Source: Tubiluchus corallicola (taxonomy: Eukaryota > Animalia > Priapulida). Taken from it: a DNA stretch of 44,803 bases. Under the pieces are notes generated by a model. It was not told the origin of the DNA. It worked only from the letters and a program-made list of their open reading frames with translations, and did no database searches. Both the position numbers and the translations under genes were made by a program. Shown one piece after another: positions 1 to 12,121 of the stretch (its first letter is position 1; each line of letters starts with the position of its first letter). Location of the stretch: the NCBI GenBank assembly GCA_030141605.1, contig JAQGDQ010001246.1:1-44803 (forward strand), read 5' to 3'.

Positions 1-802
1 ACAGGTGTTAATTATGAATTGCCTTAAGTATTGTATCTTGTTGAAAGTTACCAACAGGTGTTAATTATGAATTGCCTTAAGTATTGTATCTTGTTGAAAG
101 TTACCAACAGGTGTTAATTATGAATTGCCTTTAGTTTTGTATCTTGTTGAAAGTTACCAACAGGTGTTAATTATGAATTGCCTTAAGTATTGTATCTTGT
201 TGAAAGTTACCAAAAGGTGTTAATTATGAATTGCCTTTCGTATTGTATCTTGTTGAAAGTTAACAACACATGTTAATTATGAATTGCCTTAAGTATTGTA
301 TCTTGTTGAAAGTTAACAACAGGTGTTAATTATGAATTGCCTTAAGTATTGTATCTTGTTGAAAGTTAACAACAGGTGTTAATTATGAATTGCCTTTCGT
401 ATTGTATCTTGTTGAAAGTTACCAACAGGTGTTAATTATGAATTGCCTTAAGTTTTGTATCTTGTTGAAAGTTACCAAAAGGTGTTAATTATGAATTGCC
501 TTTCGTATTGTATCTTGTTGAAAGTTAACAACACATTTTAATTATGAATTGCCTTAAGTATTGTATCTTGTTGAAAGTTAACAACAGGTGTTAATTATGA
601 ATTGCCTTAAGTATTGTATCTTGTTGAAAGTTACCAACAGGTGTTAATTATGAATTGCCTTAAGTATTGTATCTTGTTGAAAGTTACCAAAAGGTGTTAA
701 TTATGAATTGCCTTTCGTATTGTATCTTATTGAAAGTTAACAACACATTTTAATTATGAATTGCCTTAAGTATTGTATCTTGTTGAAAGTTAACAACAGG
801 TG
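1..802. repeat. 53-bp minisatellite, about 15 copies (runs off the left edge), intronic in importin-alpha
   Basis: Unit ACAGGTGTTAATTATGAATTGCCTTAAGTATTGTATCTTGTTGAAAGTTACCA recurs every 53 bp with few variants. Confidence 0.97.
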
Positions 803-1437
803 CAAAAATATTCAGTTCTTGTAAAAAATAAGTTTATTCGCTATTATTTCTTTATGTAATAGCCAATATAGTTCTAATTTAAAATGCTATTTTGTAAAGC
901 AAGACTTTTTACTAGTGTAAACTTTTACTAGCTATACTAGTACTAGTGTAAACTTGGTCTACTAACTGGTTCTACTGCAGCTCTCCATTAGAATCATGTA
1001 AAAACTTCAGACCTTCTTAATGATTTTTTATTCTTGTTTTATAAATGATTCTCAGTATTGAAAACAAGAACTGTATTTCTTATTTAGGCTAAAAAGTGGT
1101 TGTGAGGCTGTAGAACATTGAATAATATACTGGGCAGCAGGTTTCAGTAGCATGAATTGCATTTATTCTACAAAACTATTTATTGTGTGGGTGGCAGTGG
1201 TAATGTTTTTGCTTTTTCGTAACTGATCTGCTCCGTAGAGAAATTTACTGAAGTGGCAGTGTTGGATTAACTCCTGCCGAGGGACCAACTTTTCACGATC
1301 AAAATCCGACAAACCCGCCCTAAATTTCTTATACCAGTTACTTACGTGTGAACCTTTCCATCTTTACCTTTCTTTCTGTCAAACAGTAGACATTTTTTCA
1401 TGTTATAGCTAATCAGCATTGTAATGTTTTGTTTTAG

Positions 1438-1516
1438 GCATAATCAACAGTGTGTTGTGTCAGCTGCATTACGTGCCGTGGGAAATATCGTTACAGGTGA
1501 CGATGTACAAACACAG
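1438..1516 (+). CDS. KPNA6: Importin subunit alpha (alpha-1/KPNA1-5-6 subfamily), internal coding exon; upstream exons lie outside the window
   Basis: AG/GT-bounded 79-bp exon encoding [26 protein letters not shown], an ARM-repeat segment of importin-alpha. The symbol indicates the subfamily (co-ortholog of KPNA1/5/6). Confidence 0.95.
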
Positions 1517-2082
1517 GTAAATAAAGTCAGTTAAATGTAACTAATTCGTCTAAGCACCTGACACTTCATGATATCATACAATGTACCAAACTGTGTAAAA
1601 CATGTAGATTTCTCATTTAATAAGTTAAATCTATTGAACATTTTTTTTATTCACTCATCCATTCTTTTTTTATCGGGTTCACATGACAGCGGGCTTATAC
1701 AAGCCTTTGCTTCTCTAGCCCACTGCATTACAATTATTCTTTTATGATAACGATAGTGTATGAAACATAAGAATTTGATACAGTAGATGTAATAATTTTG
1801 ATGTCACTGTGTGCTTAATGTCATTATATTGTACTGAATGTGATAATAATAAATAAAAAAAATAAATGAAAAAAATGTAACATTTTGATAAATCAATCAG
1901 ACTGCTTTTACTGTAATTTAGAACAACCATAAAAATTTCCAACAATCAAAAATGTTAAGTTTATTAAATAGTCTCATTTTTTAATTTTAGTGATTTCCTA
2001 TTTAGTAATGTAGAGTTATGATTATTACCCAAAATTAAATTATGCAAACGTGAAGTGGCTGCCCATTTTTAAGTCTGTACAT

Positions 2083-2618
2083 CAGGGGTGTGCAAATTAT
2101 CTGACTAGCCGGGCCACATTAAACTTTCCCACAATTCCTGCAGGCCACATGCAGTTTGGTCGAGGAGCCAAGTACAGAAAGGCCTAATAACGATTTTTTT
2201 GCATCCGACCTGCGTACATCAGTACTACTACACTCAAGAAACTATTTTAGAAGTTATTAAAATTTATATTACAAACCATATATTTCTACTTTCAGGACAG
2301 ATAGTGGTAATTTCATTACAATGCATATTAGTAATGTGTATCACACAGTCTGTGTAGTACAGTGACATTAAGGTACAACTGCCTTGTAAGGGTTAGTGGC
2401 ATCCGATCTAGTAGAAAAAACTACCCCCACTATCTTTGTGATCGTGGCACGGACTTCAGCTGGATACACTCAATTAATCCAGCTGGCTGCCCTTTCATTA
2501 GGTTGACAAATCTCTTCGCGGGCCACACTTTCATTAGGTTGACAAATCTCTTCCCGGGCCGCACAAATTCTCTCGGCGGGCCACAAGTGGCCCGCGGGCT
2601 GCAATTTGCACACCCCTG
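2083..2618 (+). mobile_element. hAT-like MITE (family A, copy 1)
   Basis: TIRs CAGGGGTGTGCAAATT...AATTTGCACACCCCTG; 8-bp TSD CTGTACAT/CTGTACAG (7/8); inverted homolog at 8989-9422. Confidence 0.9.
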
Positions 2619-2719
2619 CTGTACAGTATAAAGACTTGGAACATAAGACTCGATAACTAAACATGTGAATTACTTCTATCATCTTCAACTGATTAACCAT
2701 GTTAAATTGTTTCTGTTAG

Positions 2720-2845
2720 GTTATACTAAACTGTGGAGCTTTGCCTTGTCTACTTCACCTTCTTAATTCTCAGAAGGAATCCATTAGAAAAGAAGCGTGT
2801 TGGACAATATCGAATATAACGGCAGGAAATCGTGCACAGATACAA
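2720..2845 (+). CDS. KPNA6: Importin-alpha coding exon
   Basis: 126 bp, AG/GT; [42 protein letters not shown]. Confidence 0.96.
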
Positions 2846-2945
2846 GTATGTTCAGTTCATATTGACCTAGTCTCGAGTTCGAATCTAAGCTGTGAATAAA
2901 TTTTCTGCTTGCTTTTTCCCAGTTTAGAATTTTTTCACAAAGTCT

Positions 2946-3170
2946 ACATTCAGTCTTTGTATTCAACATTCAATCTTTGTATTCAACATTCAATCTTTGT
3001 ATTCAACATTCAATCTTTGTATTCAACATTCAATTGTTGTATTCAACATTCAATCTTTGTATTCAACATTCAATCTTTGTATTCAACATTCAGTCTTTGT
3101 ATTCAACATTCAATCGTTGTATTCAACATTCAGTCTTTGTATTCAACATTCAATCTTTGTGTTCAACATT
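2946..3170. repeat. 20-bp minisatellite, about 11 copies
   Basis: Unit ATTCAACATTCAATCTTTGT; explains the repetitive ORFs 2909-3220 and 2977-3357. Confidence 0.95.
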
Positions 3171-3249
3171 TAAGCTGCAATCTAAACGAGTTTCTGAAAT
3201 CGTTACAAAGTCGTTTTTGAAAGCATGTTTCTATTTTGCTAATACTAAT

Positions 3250-3801
3250 AAGTTTTTCAAAACATCGAGCAATGAAAAGTATCAGCAAATCTACATAAAA
3301 AAAATGTTTCAACTTTTCATTCTCCCGCCTCATAAGCAAAACGGCAGAGAAGCATGATTTACGCCTTGTGAACAAATATTCTGTTCTAACTTACAGTTTG
3401 AATACTTTCATCAATAGTGTCGAGTCACGGCCTTGGCTTAGCGTAATATTGCCGAACTGGCCACGTCAAGCGCGAATTATCAAGCGTTGCTAGATCGGGT
3501 TGAGCCGCTCAAAGAACTTTCTATGTTAGAGCCACGTCGAGTCAGACGGTTTATTTACTATCATTACTCACGAGTCGAGCAGAATTACTGGAAAACCCAC
3601 GAATTTGTATAAAGTTTTAGATTGTAGTTTTTGGAAACGTGTAACACCTGCGTTCCGTATAATTTAGAACAGAATATTTGTTCACAATGCGTAAATCACG
3701 CTTTTCTGCCGTTTTGCTTATGAGGCGGAAGAATGAAAAGTTGAAAAATTTTTTTATGTAGATTTGCTGATACTTTCACTGCTGGATGTTTTGAAAAACT
3801 T
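3250..3801. mobile_element. Foldback/MITE-like element with ~140-bp inverted arms
   Basis: 3250-3390 (AAGTTTTTCAAAACATC...GAACAAATATTCTGTTCTAA) is the imperfect reverse complement of ~3664-3801; spacer ~270 bp; no clear TSD. Confidence 0.7.
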
Positions 3802-4154
3802 CACTTTCAAGTTCACGCTTTGCAGTGCATCTGGGAAAGATAATAGCAAAAACAATTGAATTATTTTACTTTCATGAATTCATTGAACTTTATTGGTACT
3901 ATATTTGCTAATGACAACTAACATCGTCGAGCCGAATTGGCAAACTAAACAGCTTGCAGCATCACTTTACATTATCTTCATTATACAATTAAAATTGTCT
4001 CATTAATGTGGTGTGAAAATTCATTTTATAAATTTATCATTGACTATTAATACTTTTATCCTAAATTTTTTATATGATATTTTTAAAATAGTTTGTTATT
4101 GTAGTTTTTTTATTCTGTTTGCACATTTGAAAAAATACCTTTACTTATTGGTTA

Positions 4155-4265
4155 TTCCCTCACTCCTTCACTCACTCACTCACTACCTCCCTCCCTCGCT
4201 CCCTCTCTCCTTCCCTTACTCGCTCATTCCCTCCCTCCCTCTCTCCCTCCCTCACTAACTCACTG
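4155..4265. repeat. (CTCA/CTCC)n low-complexity microsatellite
   Basis: Pyrimidine-rich tetranucleotide repeats. Confidence 0.8.
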
Positions 4266-4616
4266 ACTTACAATAGTAAAACATTATACTTACACATTAA
4301 ACTATTTCAGTTATTCACAGGTTTGCAGTAAGAGTAATCACCATCCATTTGTAATGCATAAAGTAACTAATTTTTTTGTAAAATGTTTTTTCTTTGTGTA
4401 ATTAGAATAAGAGAGTCATATGAGTCTGTCTCAAACACAATTGAAAATTTTTCAGTTTTTATTAATAATAACTTGTTTGTTATTATTGTCACTCAACCAA
4501 AAAAAGTAGTAGTCTGAAAAAATTAAACATTTACAATTTATTTTTGGTTAGAATTCTACCATTACGCTGTTTTGCATTACAGCTAATTACCAATCTTAAC
4601 TTTTTCTACATCTTAG

Positions 4617-4744
4617 GCAGTGATAGATGGAAACATTTTTCCTGTTTTGATTGACATTCTTGGCAAGGCTGAATTTAAGACGAGGAAAGAAGCAGCTTGG
4701 GCGATAACCAATGCCACGTCTGGTGGTACACCTGAACAAATCAG
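4617..4744 (+). CDS. KPNA6: Importin-alpha coding exon
   Basis: 128 bp, AG/GT; [42 protein letters not shown](R). Confidence 0.96.
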
Positions 4745-4910
4745 GTAATTATTGTTTGGTCATTTCATTATGAATACTGAAGCTTTGCATTGCAGTTGGC
4801 ATGTTGTTGATGACCAGTTTGACTTCTTTAAGATGTGACTGCTTCTTTATGGAATGCTTTGACTGTTCTGGTCATAACTGAACTTTGACTTAACGAATTG
4901 TCAGAAATAA

Positions 4911-5374
4911 TCAATAAGACATGCTAAACCAGCATGATACGATGGCATATCAGTAAGACATGCTAAGCCAGCATGATACGATGGCATATCAGCAAGACAT
5001 GCTAAACCAGCATGATACGATGGCATATCAGTAAGACATGCTAAACCAGCATGATACGATGGCATATCAGTAAGACATGCTAAGCCAGCATGATACGATG
5101 GCATATCAGCAAGACATGCTAAACCAGCATGATACGATGGCATATCAGTAAGACATGCTAAACCAGCATGATACGATGGCATATCAGCAAGACATGCTAA
5201 GCCAGCATGATACGATGGCATATCAGCAAGACATGCTAAGCCAGCATGATACGATGGCATATCAGTAAGACATGCTAAGCCAGCATGATACGATGGCATA
5301 TCAGCAAGACATGCTAAGCCAGCATGATACGATGGCATATCAGTAAGACATGCTAAACCAGCATGATATGATGG
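4911..5374. repeat. 39-bp minisatellite, about 12 copies
   Basis: Unit CAGTAAGACATGCTAA(A/G)CCAGCATGATACGATGGCATAT; the length is a multiple of 3, which produces the spurious 145-aa ORF. Confidence 0.96.
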
Positions 5375-5889
5375 TGACTCTGTTTTTCACACACGTTTAC
5401 TATAATGTTTTTTATATTAAAGTTGGAGTTCATTTCAATGTTGAAAATACATTTTTAGTTAAATAAGCTTCGGATAGTTCTGAATTTGGATCTAACTTCA
5501 AAAACATTATGATTATGATGCTCTATTCTGATTGTGGCCACACAGAGATTTAGTATAAATTCTAAGTGAAACTTGCAATCTGTGTGAATGCAGAAAATAC
5601 ATCTTTGTTTTAGTCTCCATGGTCAATTATAGCCCTCTACTGAGCGGTGGGTAATTATCAGCAATTTTTACTGATTCGTTTACTTAACACACTGGCCCAA
5701 CTTTGTTCAATGCAAAAATAATTAATACATGTTACTCGTTTAATGTAATGATTTAATTTCACCTAACAATAAAGTTAATTAAATTGTTTGTTTGTCCCTT
5801 ATTGTTTTTCTAACTTTTCAAAACAACTCCACTGTTGGAACAGTATATGAACTATTATAAATTCACTGACGTCTGATTTTGTTATACAG

Positions 5890-6065
5890 ATATTTGGTGG
5901 AACAAGGTTGCATTCATCCCCTGTGTGATCTTCTTACGGTCGTAGATGCAAAGATTGTGCATGTTGCCCTCAATGGTTTAGAGAATATATTGAGGCTGGG
6001 CGAAATGGACGCCAAGTCGTTAGGAGGAGCAAATCCTTATGCCGTGTTAATTGAAGAATGTTATG
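5890..6065 (+). CDS. KPNA6: Importin-alpha coding exon
   Basis: 176 bp, AG/GTAAG; [58 protein letters not shown](G). Confidence 0.96.
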
Positions 6066-6965
6066 GTAAGTGATAAAGTCTGTACTCTGCTTTAACCCTG
6101 TACTCTGATTTGCATCTCTTTTGCTTTGGTATGGAAATGTTGTTAGTATTACTCTTACCATGTTTAAATATGACTTTTAGAGCACATTTGCATGTAAAAA
6201 TACTACAAGCCATTTTTGGCACAACTTCTGGCCAAAATGTCTGTTTTTGACAGGCCATTTTTTTCTAATTATTATTATTATTATTATGAGTTTATTTCGT
6301 ATAAAAATATACAGTTTACAAAGATAAAGATGTTAGTAAAACAGGTAATGCGATATTAGTAAAGTAACATATCTACAGACATTCAACTTTATAATAACCA
6401 CACATTGTAGTTCCCTTGTAATTATATTACATTATACAGTGTTGTAAGGAGCTATAATAGATATCTTAAAACATAATCTTTAAATGAGTACTTAACCTTT
6501 AATTTTACATTTGTAACGGGTATAATTGGTAAAGAAAGTAATGTACTAACTAACTTTTTTCAGTTGCTGTATATAATGGTGATGAAATATAACACAAAAT
6601 AGTACATTAAGCGCACTAGTTTCTCTAGTTAAATGTATTCATATTTACATTACATTTTGACTTGGAGAAAATCATACTATGTGCTGTTAGTTGTTTTTAC
6701 ATTAGTAGGACAACCATGTTGCTATGTCAGACAATTGGCTTTTTTTGCTTAAGTTGAAATTACATTGATTTGCCATTGCAATACGATAGTCACATTCGTC
6801 TTTCAATGAGTACACTAGTTAGGATTTCTCTACAAGCAGACAGCGTTATTCATACTGTGAGCAATTTCAGCCAAAAATGCAAATATCTGTACTTCGTGAT
6901 ATTCCTTTCTCACTAAATTAATAGCATTTTTTTAGAACTTTAAAAGCTTGAAGGTTTGTACTTTG

Positions 6966-7387
6966 CAGGGATGAGAATTTTCCGCGGATACACGGAAGTC
7001 CGAGTTTTTGGAAGATCAGTAGTGCCATTTTTGTAAATCGCGTAAATTCGTTGAGAAAGTTTTTACGGACCTAGTACATTATTTCACAAGCTGACCGCTA
7101 GTTGGCAGGTCGTCACTTTGTTTACATCACGTACATCAGTGTAACCACGTGTATATATCTATGTATAAAAATATAGGATCAATTGTGCAGAGTTATTTGA
7201 GTCAATTGCAGACAGTTTTTATATACTTTTGCATAGGAGCGGCCAGTACTTAGGCGTTTTTGAGACAATTAGGTATCATGTATCCTTGATAGTTGGGTAT
7301 TTTAAATTATGCATGAAACAAAGTAACTGATATTTTAAGTCCACTTAGAGTTTCAGAATTTTTTACAATTTGTCATTCTCATCCCTG
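6966..7387. mobile_element. MITE with CAGGGATGAGAAT TIRs (hAT-like termini)
   Basis: CAGGGATGAGAAT...ATTCTCATCCCTG perfect 13-bp TIR; flanks ACTTTG / ACTTTA. Confidence 0.75.
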
Positions 7388-7547
7388 ACTTTACACAAAT
7401 AATTCCTAAGTTGACTTACTGTGCTAAAAACTTTGATCACCGCTGTAATAACAACAATAAAAATCTCAAAATTCTAAAATATAACCTAGAACTTCATCTA
7501 ATTTTATTTTATTTTAATTGGTTTTTTTCCTTTGTTTCCTGTAACAG

Positions 7548-7741
7548 GTCTGGACAAAATCGAGTTTCTCCAAAGCCATGAAAACTTGGATATCTACCAA
7601 AAAGCTTTTGACATCATCGAACATTACTTTGGATCTGAGGAGGAAGACGCTAGACTTGCCCCGTCGGTCGACGAAGCTGCGCGACAGTTTGAATTTGGTC
7701 CAGGAGATGGCGATGTACCTCAAGATGGCTTTCAGTTCTAA
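7548..7741 (+). CDS. KPNA6: Importin-alpha last coding exon
   Basis: [38 protein letters not shown]...QDGFQF*, typical of the KPNA1/5/6 C-terminus; splice phases of all five exons are compatible. Confidence 0.96.
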
Positions 7742-7844
7742 ATCGGACATTGTGCCAGTACTACTAGGTATGCATTTCATGGAGTTTTTTAAACTATGTC
7801 AGCATAGAGCTTATCCAACTTCAGCAAAAAAACAGAACTATATA

Positions 7845-8152
7845 CAGTCAACCCTCGTTAAACCGGACTAATTGGGGGGATGGGTGGTCCGGTTTAGCCG
7901 ATTGTCCGATTTATCCGATGTGCCTATATATGGTCTATATTATACAGGAATAATCACCTTAATAAGGCCTATATACATTGCACTATATACTATACTGTAT
8001 ATTGCTTTAAAATAGTTAACCTGTGAGGATAAAGAAATTATTGTACAGTTGGTAGGCCGTGTTGTGTTTAGCGCTCCGGCTCGAGCGGAAATCGGTCAGT
8101 TTCCTTTACCACGGATGACGTCCGTCTTGTCCGGTTTAACGAGGGTCGACTG
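7845..8152. mobile_element. Tc1/mariner (pogo/Tigger-like) MITE
   Basis: 24-bp TIR CAGTCAACCCTCGTTAAACCGGAC / GTCCGGTTTAACGAGGGTCGACTG (1 mismatch), flanked by TA on both sides. Confidence 0.9.
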
Positions 8153-8988
8153 TAATTTACAATCAGTAACGCGAAGCTTTTATTATTATTATTGTATTTA
8201 ACAGTTACACCATTGTAAACAAGTTTGTTATCTGCAGATGAATTATGCAGTTCACACTTTCATGCTACCTGTATAAATACTTAGTACAGTTCATGTATTG
8301 TTGAAAATTCATTACAACTGTTTTGCAAATTTGGCATTTCCTGTAGCCTAAACAGATGGAAACTGCAAGTAAATTTTATGATACTCGGTAGCAACATTCG
8401 AGCAACGCTGGTCGATTTATCACTTAGAAACTTCTGTGTATTTAAACTGATGTATCTATAATATCGAATGCATATTGCTTGTATGTTGTCTTCTCTAGGC
8501 TGTGAACTTCGTAACACATTTTTGGATCTTCTCGTAATGTTCATGTAACCTAATGATAATTAAAATAGTTGAGAAATCAGTTTGTCACTGTATCAAACAT
8601 TATATGAGCTTCTGTTATGCCTAGAACTGTTCTGTATGTTACAGTCCTCGTGGGAAAAAGATTGTAAGCTTTTACTTGTAGCCGCAAAAATGGCAAATGT
8701 GTGAAAGCCACAAATCTTAGTGAAATTGTTAAAAAATCTTTGGTAAAGAAAAATGAGCAATGTTATTTTAACTCTTATTAATAGTTGGCTTAGCAAGGCG
8801 TATCGTGTTCTTTAAACAGTAAAATCATCATTCATAGTTTTGAGACATTTCAGTTTATGTTGATGGTTGCTCATTTAGTCTTACATTCACACAGAGACAA
8901 AATTAATCTGTTTGCCGGGGCAGTTTGTATCACTAATTTTGTTAGTACAAGTTTGTTAATGTTATTTTACTTCAGTGATATCATAAAG

Positions 8989-9422
8989 CAGGGGTGTGCA
9001 AGTTGCGGCCCGCCGAGAGAATGTGTGCGGCCCACAAAGAGATTTATCAACCTAATGAAAGTGCGGCCCGGGCAAATAATTGAGTTTATCCAGCTGAAGT
9101 CCGTGCCACGATCCCAAAGATAGTGCGGGTAGTTTTTTTCTACTAGATCGGATGCCATGAACCCTTACAAGACGGTTGTAGCTTAATACACTGTACTACA
9201 CAGACTGCGTGATACACATTACTAATATGAATTGTAATGAAATTACCACTATCTGTCCTGAAAGTAGAAATATATGCTTTGTGAGTGTAGTAGTGCAGTA
9301 GTAATGATGTACGCAGGTCGGATGCAAAAAAAAATCGTTATTAGGCCTTTCTGCCTGTGGCCCGCAGGAATTGCAGGAAAGTTTAATGTGGCCCGGCTAG
9401 TCAGATAATTTGCACACCCCTG
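8989..9422 (-). mobile_element. hAT-like MITE (family A, copy 2, inverted and internally shorter)
   Basis: Same TIRs as 2083-2618; perfect 8-bp TSD TCATAAAG; body is the reverse complement of copy 1. Confidence 0.92.
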
Positions 9423-9454
9423 TCATAAAGTTAGTCTGTTTTTCATATGTTAGC

Positions 9455-9988
9455 TAGGCCTGTAACGATACCGTATACCTGCATCGCGACGTTACCATAT
9501 TCGTATAGCCAAAGTGCAGCCTTATTGTGATAATGATATTTAGTAAATTACTACACGCTTAACTACATGCTGATAAAAACAATTTAAAATGATTCAAACT
9601 GCAGCTGTAGTATTTACTGTAGATACTTCTCAATCACTGCAGTGAACAGAAGTTGACTTGGTTGAAAAGTTAATTACATTGTTTATATATAAACCAGAAC
9701 ATACATAAACAACTTCTAAGCCTAAATTATTGATGAGTTTTATTTTTCTGGTAGCTTACAATGCAAACAACAACCTACACATTACATAAGTTATAAATAA
9801 AAATCCAACAGTTATTTTAGCATTTAGCAATCATAAAATTGTTTAGCATTTTTTTCAATGTCTTCATCTGGTTTTTTCTTTATAAAATGTGCAGGTGTAT
9901 CATGATACGTATCTCATCATGAGGTAGTATCATGATACGTATCTCATCATGTATCATATCGTGACCGAGGTGTATCGTTACAGCCCTA
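9455..9988. mobile_element. hAT-like MITE (TAGGGCTGTAACGATAC TIR)
   Basis: TAGGCCTGTAACGATAC...GTATCGTTACAGCCCTA; 8-bp TSD ATGTTAGC/ATGTTAAC (7/8); subterminal GTATC/GATAC repeats. Confidence 0.88.
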
Positions 9989-10791
9989 ATGTTAACACTA
10001 TACCCTTCTGTATAAGTAGTAGCCACATTGATAATAGTTATGATAAGTTATAAAGGAGAACATTTTCTTTGTTTTTATATGTGTGCTGCTTGCAAACCAA
10101 AACCGTCCATAAGACGGCATAGTTAAAACTACGTTATGATGCTTTGAAGTAAAATGCACCAACATTTTGGTCAAATGTTAATTTTTTGTTTTTTTATGAA
10201 AACAAATGCTAAATATATTTGACTTTTATATTCTGGTATCAAATTATTAGGAAAATGTCCGAGAAATACTAAAAATTTAATTTTGTAAACCCATGCCATT
10301 TTCTCTGCCTAGAAACTAGTACTGCAATTTTGTATTTTCAAACTTCGATAATAGTTCATGGAAACAGCCACTTTGCTGTTGACAAGCCCAAATTTTTGTC
10401 AGGAAGAGCCATCTTCTAGATTTAAACATAACTCTAATGTGTTCTTGCAAAGTCCATAGGAATTACACTTTTATGCGGTTGCTAAATGTATTGTAGAGAT
10501 GCGACAAAAAACAATGGCTGAATTTAATGGCGATTTTCTCAAGATTATGTTTTCCATTGCATAACCTGCATGTCAACTTCAAAACGTGGATTATCTCAGC
10601 TTAGAAATAACATAGAGAGATGAGTTTGGTATGAAAATGATCCTCATAGAATGGAATAACTCAGGTTGTGAATAACTAGAAAAGCTTAATTGCTGATTTA
10701 TGGACGTTTTTGCTATGCAAGCACACATATAATAGAAGTTTTCTATTTTCAGTGGTTTTGTGAAAGTAGTGACTGTTATTTGTTTATTCAG

Positions 10792-11200
10792 AGAAGCTGA
10801 TTGAAGTTTCGTGATCTTTGAGCTGTGGAGAAATGCAACTCGAGCAAAAACTGGTTCTTGTCCAAGATGCACTGTAACCATAAAAGTTGCAGTCATCATT
10901 CTCTGCTCGACCGAGGACATCTTAAGATGCTAATGCCATCGTGATAATAATTCTATCGCTGACATTCAAACTTCCAGCATCTTGTGTTTCAGATGCTGGT
11001 CATCGGTCACTGTTTGCAGCCGCCTGCATATTTGTGACCGCGATGACCTCAGTACAGAGCTGTATTTCTCCACGGACAAATTAGTGACCACAGCGTGATT
11101 AGTTTAAATTCTCTGATTTCGTGTTGTTTGTATGTGTTTTTATTTCAAGAGATAAGTAGCTTCCACTCACCCTGTATAGAAATAAAGTGAGTACTTTGAA
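10792..11200 (+). other. Putative terminal non-coding (3'UTR) exon of importin-alpha
   Basis: Donor AG|GTATGC at 7767/7768; acceptor TTATTTGTTTATTCAG ending 10791; locally higher GC; AATAAA at 11181-11186. Inference only. Confidence 0.45.
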
Positions 11201-11670
11201 GCGATTGATAAAAAATCTTAACTTTTCAATGAGTTAAACTGAATTTTGTGAAAGACTGTCTGTAATCTGTCTGAAAATTATCTCACAATGAGCATTTACG
11301 TTGTTTAGCATTTGTTTAGCATATACAGTTGAGATTTATGTCTAGTATTGCCACTAAGTAAGAAAATTTTAATCAAAGTGGCATTTTTTGGCAGAATGGG
11401 TGCTACTTATCTTTGCATTAGGAGTTACTTGTTGTGTTCTTGAAATTTATCTGTGTTTTCATAGTTGGGTGACTGCCATCTTACGCTCGTGTCATTCTTG
11501 CACGTAAGTTGACTTGTTACCCGTCTATGTGTGGCGAATGTAGCCAACATGTTTGTGAATCAGGATGTTAATTATTGATTAATTAAACTTACACACATCG
11601 TAACGCAACACATGAAATTACAACAACTTGTCCGCGTTTTTGGTAGCCTTGTGCAGTTAGGCACTCAACC

Positions 11671-11694
11671 CAGGGCCGGCCTTAAGCATACTGC

Positions 11695-11772
<78 letters not shown>

Positions 11773-11843
11773 CTCCTCTCTCTCTCTCTTTCTCTCTCTC
11801 TCGGGCCTCGCCTAGGGCCTCCAATTACCTAAGGCCGGCCCTG
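11671..11843 (+). mobile_element. MITE family B with internal (CT)n, deleted copy
   Basis: TIR CAGGGCCGGCCTTA.../...TAAGGCCGGCCCTG; 7-bp TSD CTCAACC; homolog at 26424-26898. Confidence 0.88.
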
Positions 11844-12033
11844 CTCAACCTCATAAACTATGAAAAGCTCTGAAAAAGTCGAAAACTTCCACAGATGTGC
11901 TCTAAGATTTCATTTGATAATGAAGTTGCTGAGCTTGGGGTTGTCAAAAACCGGACATAAACAAAGCAGCATAGATACAAATTGTACATTTGTAATAAAC
12001 AATGAAACAAAAGCATTAAATTACACAATGTTC

Positions 12034-12121
12034 ACATTCATGCTTGCATTTGTACATACAATACGTCGACACTGTACATTCATGCTTGCATTTGTACATA
12101 CAATACGTCGACACTGTACAT
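12034..12121. repeat. ~42-bp direct duplication
   Basis: ACATTCATGCTTGCATTTGTACATACAATACGTCGACACTGT occurs twice. Confidence 0.85.

Noticed and set aside
2909-3357. 103-aa and 126-aa ORFs
   Set aside because: Products of the 20-bp repeat and a foldback arm.
4901-5338. 145-aa repetitive ORF (MPSYHAGLACLAD)n
   Set aside because: Translation of the 39-bp minisatellite, antisense within an importin intron.
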